Below are positions 49,445-58,800 of a stretch of DNA of 64,000 nucleotides, piece after piece. Position 1 is the stretch's first letter. Each line of letters starts with the position of its first letter. Below the pieces are notes generated by a model that worked only from the letters and a program-made list of their open reading frames with translations, was not told where the DNA came from and did no database searches. Origin of the DNA: Chthoniobacterales bacterium (GTDB taxonomy: Bacteria > Verrucomicrobiota > Verrucomicrobiia > Chthoniobacterales > Chthoniobacteraceae). The position numbers were made by a program, and so were the translations under genes. The stretch lies in the NCBI GenBank assembly GCA_038207335.1, contig JBBQZX010000008.1, forward strand, positions 96,001 through 160,000. The letters are read 5' to 3'.

Positions 49445-49983
49445 AACCGGTCGTCATCGTCGGCGTCACGGGCTCGATCGCGGCGTATAAATCCGCGGAT
49501 CTCGTGAGCAAATTGGTGAAGCGCGACTTCGACGTGCATGTCGTGATGACGCACGGCGCGCAGCAGTTCGTCACACCGCTCACATTTCAAACGCTGTCGC
49601 GAAATCCTGTGCTCATCAGCATCTTCGAGCATTCGGGGGATTGGAAGCCCGGGCACATCGCGCTCGCGGATCGCGCGGCGCTGCTGCTCGTCGCGCCGGC
49701 GACGGCGAACATCATTGCGGAACTCGCGCACGGATTTGCGGGCAATCCGCTAACGGAAATCGCGCTCGCGACGGAAGCGCCGGTGCTCATCGCGCCGGCG
49801 ATGAATGGGAAGATGTGGCTGCACGCGGCGACGCGTGAAAATGTCGCAACGCTGCGGGCGCGCGGAGTGGATTTCATCGGTCCGGAAGAGGGGATGCTGG
49901 CGTGCGGATACGAGGGAATCGGACGGCTGTGGAGCGTCGATGAAATCGTCGCGCGAGCGGAAAATATTGCGCGGAAGAATTGA
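49441..49983 (+). CDS. coaC: Stand-alone phosphopantothenoylcysteine decarboxylase (CoaC half only)
   Basis: GVTGSIAAYK, HI-LA, APATAN, PAMN, LACG-EG-GRL; stop after 180 aa. Confidence 0.88.
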   Translation: MKPVVIVGVTGSIAAYKSADLVSKLVKRDFDVHVVMTHGAQQFVTPLTFQTLSRNPVLISIFEHSGDWKPGHIALADRAALLLVAPATANIIAELAHGFAGNPLTEIALATEAPVLIAPAMNGKMWLHAATRENVATLRARGVDFIGPEEGMLACGYEGIGRLWSVDEIVARAENIARKN

Positions 49984-50403
49984 GCAGCGGCTGGGAAGGC
50001 CCATGAATACAGGGTTTGCTGGCGATGGATGGCATCTCCGCTCAGTTTTTCACGCGCCATGCAGCGGGAATTCGTGTGGATCAATTTGAGTCGCATGGGT
50101 TTTTTTGAAAAAACTTTCGCGTCTGCGTTTTAATGCGCGGCGTGCCGCATTCAAAAGTGACGATGATCCGCGAATGCTTATGAATAAATGCTTCGCGTGC
50201 GATGACTGCGTGAATCGCATCGCGTTTTTGGCCGCGCTGCCAGCGTGATTTCCGCGCTGGAGCGCAAAATAAATGCACGATCAATCACAAAATTGTTGAC
50301 CGAATTCGCATGTGAAATTAATCAACGCATCACCGAAGCGTGATACCACTGCTCTCAACAATTTCCGTGAACCGCTACTGCGGTTTGAAAGGGGGGATTA
50401 TCT

Positions 50404-50640
50404 ATGGCGATTAAAAAAGCTCCTGCCAAAAAAGCAGCGCCGGCAAAGAAAGCTGCACCCGCGAAAAAGGCCCCAGCCAAGAAATTGGCTGCGAAGAAAC
50501 CAGCGACGAAAGCCGCTGCAAAAGCGAAGCCTGCAGCGAAGAAACCAGCCGCGAAGGCGCCTGCAAAGTCTGCTGCGAAAGCTAAGCCAGCTGCGAAAGC
50601 TGCTGCAAAGCCGGCGGCAAAGGCCAAGGCCAAGAAGTAA
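50404..50640 (+). CDS. Histone H1-like Lys/Ala/Pro-rich protein
   Basis: 78 aa, PAKK/PAAK repeats, 27 Lys, no acidic residues; G-rich SD upstream; strong terminator downstream. Confidence 0.85.
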   Translation: MAIKKAPAKKAAPAKKAAPAKKAPAKKLAAKKPATKAAAKAKPAAKKPAAKAPAKSAAKAKPAAKAAAKPAAKAKAKK

Positions 50641-50670
50641 CGTCCCCACCGAACCCAAGGTTCGTAGTTT

Positions 50671-50709
50671 AAATGGGAGGAGAAATTCGTTTCTCCTCCC
50701 ATTTCTTTT
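50671..50709 (+). terminator. Intrinsic terminator
   Basis: 15-bp stem AAATGGGAGGAGAAA-TTCG-TTTCTCCTCCCATTT followed by CTTTT. Confidence 0.85.
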
Positions 50710-50749
50710 CCCCACATTCCGCGCCTCTCATTTCCGCTTCTACACGCCC

Positions 50750-51496
50750 ATGAATCTCCATCTTCAAGCTGCCATCGATGCCGCGCGCGCCGCGGGGGAA
50801 TTGCTCCGCGAAAATTTCGGGATGCCGCTCGATGTGAATGCCTTCGAGGCACACGACATCAAGCTCGAGCTGGATGTGCGGTCTCAGGAATTGATCACGA
50901 AGATGCTGCTCGAGCGGTTTCCCGATCACGCGATTTATGGGGAAGAGGGTCTCGCAGGAAATCAGGAGAGCGAGTGGCATTGGATCGTCGATCCGATCGA
51001 TGGGACTGTGAATTATTTCTACAGCATCCCGCATTTCTGCATCTCGATCGCACTGCGGCATCGGGAGGACATCGTGGTGGGCGTGATTTACGACCCGATG
51101 CGCGATGAGCTGTGGCAGGTGGCGCGCGGCGAGCCGGCGCTTCTGAATGGGAAGCCCATCGCTGTGAGTGCGCGGCCGCGACTGGCAGACGCGGTGTTGT
51201 CGGTGGGATTTTCGAAGACAAAGACGACGATCGCCGCGGGGATGCCGCTGCTGGAAAAGTATGTGCAGCGCGCGCGGAAATGCCGGCTGATGGGGAGCGC
51301 GGCGCTCGACCTGGCCTACGTCGCGTGCGGGCGGCTCGATGCCTACATCGAGCAGTCGGTGAGCTTGTGGGACATCGCGGCCGGCAAGCTGCTCGTGGAG
51401 GCGGCGGGCGGGAAGATCGAGGTGACGCCGCGCGAGGATAATCCCGACAAGATTTCCGTGCGGGCGTGGAATGGGCGAATCGATCTGACGGTGTAG
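50750..51496 (+). CDS. suhB: Inositol monophosphatase family (SuhB-like)
   Basis: GEE, WIVDPIDGTVN, GSAALDLAYVACG, WDIAAG. Confidence 0.9.
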   Translation: MNLHLQAAIDAARAAGELLRENFGMPLDVNAFEAHDIKLELDVRSQELITKMLLERFPDHAIYGEEGLAGNQESEWHWIVDPIDGTVNYFYSIPHFCISIALRHREDIVVGVIYDPMRDELWQVARGEPALLNGKPIAVSARPRLADAVLSVGFSKTKTTIAAGMPLLEKYVQRARKCRLMGSAALDLAYVACGRLDAYIEQSVSLWDIAAGKLLVEAAGGKIEVTPREDNPDKISVRAWNGRIDLTV

Positions 51497-51521
51497 ACGG
51501 GATCTGAGGAGTCCCGACTAC
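51493..51521. other. Hairpin spanning the stop codons of convergent suhB and recA
   Basis: GTAGACGGGA-N9-TCCCGACTAC (1 mismatch). Confidence 0.5.
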
Positions 51522-52555
51522 GCCTTCTCTTCGTCGAGCTTCACTTTTACTGCCGCATAGAGCTCCTCGTAAAGTGCCGCATCGGTTCGCAGCACTTCTT
51601 TTCCGGCGTCGCGGCCTTGTGCGAGCTGCCCGCCTTTATAACTGAGCCACGAGCCTCGCTTTTCCACGATGCCCTTTTCGATCGCGAGATCTAGAAGAGC
51701 GCCGGTCGAGCTGATCCCCTCGTTGTACATGATGTCGAACTCCGCCTCGCGAAACGGCGGCGCCACTTTGTTCTTCACGATTTTGAGCTTCGTGCGATTG
51801 CCCGTCACGCTCCCGTCCGCCTGCTTGATCGCACCGATGCGCCGGATGTCGCACCGCACACTCGAGTAAAATTTCAGCGCCTTGCCGCCGGGCGTCGTCT
51901 CAGGATTGCCAAACATCACGCCGATCTTCTCGCGGATTTGATTCGTGAAAATCACCACCGTGCGTGCCTTTGAAATGAGCGACGTGAGCTTCCGCATCGC
52001 CGCGCTCATCAGCCTCGCCTGCGCGCCGACAGTCGAGTCGCCGATCTCTCCTTCGAGCTCCTGCTTCGTTACCAGAGCGGCCACGGAATCGAGCACGATC
52101 ACGTCGAGCGCGTTCGAGCGCACGAGCGTCTCCACGATGCGCAGCGCTTCCTCGCCGGAACTCGGCTGCGAGACGAGCAGGTCGTCGAGATTCACGCCGA
52201 GTTTCTTTGCATATTGCGGATCGAGCGCGTGCTCGACATCCACGAATGCCGCGAGCCCGCCGAGCTTTTGCGCCTGCGCAATCACCGTCAAAGTGAGCGT
52301 CGTTTTGCCAGAAGACTCCGGCCCAAAAACCTCGCAGATGCGTCCGCGCGGAAAGCCACCGACACCGAGCGCACGGTCGATCACGATATTCCCGGTCGGG
52401 ATCGACTCGACATCCATGTGCGTGCTTTCGCCGAGCCGCATGATCGCGCCGTCGCCGAAATCTTTCGCGATCTGCTGGATCGCGAGATCGAGATTCTTGT
52501 TCCGCGCGATGGTAACGCGACTCTCTTCGGACGGGGCTTCGGTTTTGGTGGCCAT
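51518..52555 (-). CDS. recA: Recombinase A
   Basis: [41 protein letters not shown]. Confidence 0.98.
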   Translation of the reverse strand: MATKTEAPSEESRVTIARNKNLDLAIQQIAKDFGDGAIMRLGESTHMDVESIPTGNIVIDRALGVGGFPRGRICEVFGPESSGKTTLTLTVIAQAQKLGGLAAFVDVEHALDPQYAKKLGVNLDDLLVSQPSSGEEALRIVETLVRSNALDVIVLDSVAALVTKQELEGEIGDSTVGAQARLMSAAMRKLTSLISKARTVVIFTNQIREKIGVMFGNPETTPGGKALKFYSSVRCDIRRIGAIKQADGSVTGNRTKLKIVKNKVAPPFREAEFDIMYNEGISSTGALLDLAIEKGIVEKRGSWLSYKGGQLAQGRDAGKEVLRTDAALYEELYAAVKVKLDEEKA

Positions 52556-52840
52556 AGGCGCGGGAGGCTACAGATGCGGCAGCGGGCGGCGAAAGGAAAA
52601 CATCGGCGCGGCGCGGGATTTTTCATGGCCGATGCACCGATCTCCAAAGCGAGCTTGCAAAAATGCGCGGAGTCGGCGATACGCCAAGTGGTCTCAGCGA
52701 TCGTTGCGGACGCTGTTTCCCGCCGAAGTCGATCGTTCCGGGAGCGGTGCCCGGAGCCAGTCTCCGAGCTTCAAAAAAACTTTCCCGAAACGCGTTCCGA
52801 GCCCGCCGTCGAGTCGGCTAGCAGGACGCGGATCTTCCCC

Positions 52841-55800
52841 ATGAGAACCACCATTTCTTTCACGCCCCGCTCACGCCGGCAACTCACCGGAATCGAGCCG
52901 CTGGAAGCCCGCATCGCGCCGGCGTTCGGCGCGGTGATCAATCTCGCGGACCTCACCGGTGCCGATGGGTTCAAGGTCCGCGGAGTGGCGGACTCCGACT
53001 TCTCGGGGTACTCGGTCAGCGATGCCGGGGATGTGAATGGGGACGGATTTGCCGACGTGCTGATCGGCGCGGTGAGGGCGGACGAGGGCGGGGTGAATCG
53101 CGGGGCGAGCTACGTCGTTTTTGGCAAGACTGGCGGATTCGGCGCGAGCTTCGACCTCGCGGCGTTGAACGGAATCAATGGTTTCAAGGTCAGCGGTGTG
53201 GCGGACAACGACGCTTCCGGGCGGGCGGTGAGCGCGGCGGGGGATGTGAATGGAGACGGGTTCGCCGACTTGATCATCGGGGCCGACTCGGCCGACTCGG
53301 CGCGCGGGGCGGCCTACGTGGTTTTCGGCCATGCCGGCGCGTTCATCCCGGCGCTTTCCCTTTCGACGCTGAGTGGCACAGATGGTTTCAAAATCAGCGG
53401 GGCGGCGTTCTCTGACCGCGCCGGGATTTCCGTCAGTGGTGCCGGGGACGTGAACGGCGACGGGTTCGACGATGTCATCATCGGGGCTCCTCAGGCCAAC
53501 GGCAGCGGGGCCGCCTACCTGGTTTTCGGCCATGCTGGCGGCTTCACCTCGGTCGTCGCACTCTCCACGCTCGGGGGCACGGACGGCTTCAAACTCAGCG
53601 GCGTGGGCAGCGCCGATCAGGCCGGGTTTGCGGTCGGTGCGGCTGGAGATGTGAATGGCGACGGTTTCGGCGACGTGATCATCGGGGCGCGCTTCGCCAA
53701 CGAAGGCGGCTCCGACCGCGGAGCAGCCTACGTGGTCTTCGGCAAGGCGGGCGGCTTCGCTGCGAGCATCTCGCTCTCGGCCTTGGCGGGGACCGACGGC
53801 TTCAAACTCAGCGGCGTGGCGAACAACGATCTCGCTGGAACTGCGGTTAGCGCGGCCGGGGACATGAACGGAGACGGTTTCGGCGATCTGATCATCGGTG
53901 CCGATGTGGCGCTCGTGGGCGCTAATGCCCGCGGGACCGCCTACGTGGTGTTTGGCAAGGCCAGCTTCACCGCGCAGGTGGCGCTCGCCTCGCTGAACGG
54001 CACCAGCGGCTTCGCGCTCACCGGCGCGGGGAATTACGACCACACCGCGTTCTCGGTCGCCGGTGCTGGGGATATCAACGGGGACGGTTTTGCCGACGTG
54101 ATCGTCGGGGCCAAGTACGCGGCCGAGGGCGGCACCCTTCGCGGCGCAAGCTACGTGGTCTTTGGGAAAAAGAGCAGCTTCAACCCGACGCTGGCTCTTT
54201 CCGCGCTGGATGGCACGAATGGCTTCAAGCTCCGCGGCGTGGCCAATGGCGACGAATCCGGCTACTCCGTCAGCGGCGTCGGCGACGTGAACGGAGATGG
54301 TCTTGCCGACCTGATCATCGGTGCTCTCTCGGCCGACGAGGGCGGCGCAGGCTCGAACCGCGGCGCAAGCTACATCGTCTTCGGTAGGGCCGAAGCCACG
54401 CCGACGCCGTTCGGTTCGATTTTGAATCTCTCCGATCTCACCGCGGGGAAGGGGCTCAAGCTGCTGGGTGAGGCGTCGGGGGACGGGTCAGGCTATTCCG
54501 TGAGTTCGGCGGGAGACATCAACGGCGACGGGATCGATGACGTGATCGTCGGCGCGCGCTTTGTGAATACTACGGGCGGCATCCAATCGGGTGCGAGCTA
54601 CGTGGTCTTTGGTAGCAGCGCGGGTTTTCCGGCGTCCCTTAATTTCTCGGCGCTCACCGGAAGCAACGGCTTCAAGATCAGCGGCGCTGCGGCCTACGAT
54701 TTTTCCGGTCGATCCGTGAGCGCCGCGGGCGACATCAATGGCGACGGGATCGACGATCTGATCATCGGCGCGGATCAGGCCGATGCGAACGGCAACGCCA
54801 ACTCTGGGGCGAGCTACATCGTCTTTGGCAGCCGTGCGGCCTTCGCGGCGAATCTGGACCTCTCCGCGCTCAATGGCAGCAACGGCTTCAAGCTGAGTGG
54901 CGAGGCAGCCAACGACATTTCCGGCAAGTCCGTCAGCGGAGCGGGCGACATCAATGGCGATGGGATCGGCGACCTGATCATCGGCGCGCCGGGCACGGAC
55001 CAGCATGGGAACTATACGGGCACGAGTTACGTAGTTTTCGGCAGTCGCGCGGGCTTTGCGCCGAATGTGAATCTTTCCGCGCTCAACGGGAGCAACGGAT
55101 TCAAGATCATTGGCACCAGCGTGTACGACGGGAGCGGCGCGTCCGTCAGCGGAGCGGGCGATATCAATGGCGACGGTATTGACGACCTGATCATCGGTGC
55201 GGTGCCCGGCGGCAACGCGAGCTACGTCGTTTTTGGGAGCCGCGCGGCCTTCCCGGCGACCTTGGATCTGGCCACGCCGCTCTCTGGCGTCAACGGGTTC
55301 AAGGTCAGTGGCGCGGCAGCCAACGACTCCGCGGGCTTTTCCGTGAGTGCGGGAGGCGACATCAACGGCGATGGGATCGACGACGTGATCATCGGGGCGT
55401 ATCACGCGGATCCGCATGGCAACAATTCGGGCGCGAGCTACGTGGTCTTCGGGAGCCGTGCGGGCTTTGCGGCGAATGTGAACCTTTCCGCGCTGACGGG
55501 GCTCAATGGCTTCCGGTTGGCCGGTGGCGCGGCCTTTGACTACGCAGGCTTTTCCGTCAGCGGGGCGGGCGACATCAATGGCGACGGGATCGACGACCTG
55601 ATCGTCGGCGCGCCGGAGGCCTCTCCCAATGGCGGTTATTCCGGCGCGAGCTACATTGTCTTCGGCAGCCGCGCCGGATTCGGACCGACGATGGACTTGT
55701 CGAAACTGACCGCCGCCGCGGGATTCAAGCTCGAGGGCGCGGCAGCAGGCGACCGTGCCGGAAATTCGGTGCGCGGCGCCGGGGATTTTAACGGCGACGG

Positions 55801-58800
55801 CATCGGCGACCTGATCGTCGGCGCGCCGCTCTCCGACCCGAGCGGTTCTACGAGCGGCACCAGCTACATCGTCTTCGGCCATCGCGCGCCCGCGGTGCCG
55901 CGCGTCTTCGCGCCAGCCATCGATCTTTCCAGCCTCACCGGCACCACGGGCTTCAAGCTCACCGGCGTGGCGGACGGCGACAACGCCGGTGGTTCGGTCC
56001 GCTCCGCCGGGGACGTGAATGGAGACGGCTTCGATGATCTGATTATCGGGGCGATCTTTGCCGACGAGGGCGGCGTGGGGAACGCCAACCGTGGGGCCAC
56101 CTACGTGGTCTTCGGCAAGGCGGGCGGCTTTGGGACAAATGGCGTTTTTGCCCTCGGCTCGCTCGATGGAACCAACGGCTTCAAGCTTAGCGGCGTGGCC
56201 GACGGAGACTTGTCCGGGTTTTCTGTCAGCGCCGCCGGAGACGTGAATGGGGACGGTTTCGACGATGTGATCATCGGGGCTCGGAATGCCGATAACAACC
56301 GCGGCGCGAGCTACGTGATCTTCGGCAAGAGCAGCTTCGTGGCGACTCCGACGCCCGGCTTTGCCATCGCCCTCTCCGCGCTGGATGGCACCAACGGCTT
56401 CAAGCTCAGCGGCGTGGCCAACTACGACAACTCCGGGAGTTCGGTCAGCACCGCCGGAGACGTGAATGGTGACGGATTTGACGATGTGATCATCGGGGCG
56501 CGTTATGCCGCCGAGGGCGGCAACCGCCGCGGGGCGAGCTACGTGGTCTTTGGCAAGGCCGGTGGCTTTGGGACGAATGGTGTTTTTGCCCTCTCCGCGC
56601 TGGACGGGACCAACGGCTTCAAGCTCAGCGGCGTGGCCAACAGCGACTTCGCAGGGTATTCCGTCAGCACCGCCGGGGACGTGAATGGTGACGGTTTCGA
56701 TGATCTGATCATCGGAGCGCAAAATGCCGACGAGGGGGGCGTGGACCGCGGGGCGAGTTATGTGGTTTTCGGCAAGGCCAGTTTTTCCGCCACCGCGGGC
56801 ACCTTAGCCCTCGCCACTCTGAACGGGACCAACGGCTTCAAGCTCAGCGGCGTGGCCGACAACGACCGCGCCGGGATTTCGGTGAGTGCGGCGGGGGACG
56901 TGAATGGAGACGGGTTCGACGATCTCGTCATTGGGGCCGAAGGTGCCAACGAGGGGGGCATCGACCGCGGGGCGGGCTACGTGGTCTTCGGCAGGTCCGA
57001 CTTTTCCGCCACCGCGGGCACCTTCGCCCTCTCCGCGTTGGATGGCAGCAACGGCTTCAAGCTCAGTGGCGCGGCCGACAACAACCGCGCCGGGCATGCG
57101 GTGAGCGCCGCCGGGGACGTGAATGGGGACGGGTTCGACGATCTCATCATCGGAGCCTACCGAGCCGATGAGGGTGGCTCGGATCGCGGGGCGACGTACG
57201 TGGTCTTCGGCAAGGCCGGCGGCTTTATCGCGACGCGTGTTCTCTCCGCGCTGGATGGCAGCAGCGGTTTCAAGCTCAGCGGCGTGGCCGATCAAGACGA
57301 GTCCGGCTATTCCGTCAGCGCCGCTGGTGACGTGAACGGGGACGGGTTGGCCGACTTCATCATCGGCGCGCCACACGCCACCGAGGGCGTGAGCGTCCCC
57401 GGCACGAGCTACGTCATTTTCGGTCGGCCTTCCGCGGCGCGGGCACCGATCGCGCCGGTCGTTAATCTCGCGAATCTCACGGGCATCGACGGGACGAAAT
57501 TTCAGGGCGTGGCGGCGGGTGACGACGCCGGCTTTTCCGTGAGCGAAGCCGGGGACATCAATGGCGACGGGATCGGCGACCTGATCATCGGAGCGATTGG
57601 CGCGAGCGCGAACGGCACGTTCTCCGGGACGAGCTACGTCGTTTTCGGAAGTCTGGCAGGATTCGCCCGGACGCTGAATCTCGCCAATCTCAGCGGCCCC
57701 GATGGATTCAAAATTCAGGGCGAGGCGGCGGGTGACCTCTCGGGACAGGTGGTGAGCAAGGCCGGGGACATCAACGGCGACGGGATCGACGACCTGATCA
57801 TCAGCGCGCCCGCTGCCGCCCCGAGCGGCTCGCAATCCGGTGCGAGCTACGTTGTCTTTGGCAGCCGCGCGGGGTTTGGACCGATCTTTAATCTCTCCGC
57901 TCTCACGGGCGCGAACGGCTTCAAAATCAGCGGCCAAACGGCGGGCGACCGCTCGGGCATTTCGGTGAGCGAAGCTGGGGACATCAACGGCGACGGGATC
58001 GGCGACTTGATCGTCGGCGCGGACTCGGCCTCCCCGAACGGCTCGCAATCCGGCGCGAGCTATGTCGTTTTTGGCAGCCGCGCCGCGTTCGGTGCGGCGT
58101 TGCAGCTCTCCAGCCTCACCCCGGCGCAGGGTTTCAAAATTCAGGGAGAAGCGACTCAGGATTTCGCGGGCATTTCTGTGAGCAGCGCGGGCGACTTCAA
58201 CGGCGACGGGATCGGCGACCTGCTCATCGGCGCGAGCGGAACGAACGCGAACGGCGGCGATGCCGGCGCGGGTTACGTCGTTTTCGGCAGCCGCGCCGGG
58301 TTTGGCTCGGCGCTGAATCTCTCGAGTCTCACCGGACCGAACGGATTCAAAATCAAGGGCGAGTCGGCTTATGACGGCTTCGGCGTCTCGGTTAGCGGGA
58401 TCGGGGATATGAACGGCGACGGGCTGGCCGACATCGTCGTCGGGGCGAACATCCTCGGCGAGCAGGGCCAGAACCACGGCGACAGCTATGTGATCTTCGG
58501 CACTCGGGCGAACGTTGGCGCGACCTTGGATCTCACGAGCCTCACCGGGGCGAACGGCTTCAAAATCGTGCGTGCGGCGATCAACGACTACTCCGGTTTT
58601 GCCGTCAGCGGGGCCGGGGACATCAACGGCGACGGGATCGGCGACCTCATCATCGGCGCACCGCGATCCGCGCCAAACGGCGCGAGTTCCGGCACCAGCT
58701 ACGTGATCTTCGGCACGCGCGCGGGGTTCGGCCCGACGCTGGATCTTGCCAGCCTCGCCGGCGCGAATGGCTTCCAGCTCCAAGGCGGCGCGGCCTCAGA

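Noticed and set aside
50312..50749. Arg/Gln-rich N-terminal extension of suhB
   Set aside because: Alternative frame of the histone-like gene that crosses a strong terminator
52214..52840. N-terminal 209 aa of the 3589-aa ORF
   Set aside because: Overlaps recA on the opposite strand; ATG 52841 places the export motif at the N-terminus
52556..52840. LexA box upstream of recA
   Set aside because: No convincing TGTTC-N4-GAACA, CTGT-N8-ACAG or GAAC-N4-GTTC match found by eye
54488..58783. 744-aa and 659-aa repetitive minus-strand ORFs
   Set aside because: Antisense shadows of the FG-GAP repeats; their periodicity simply mirrors the sense gene
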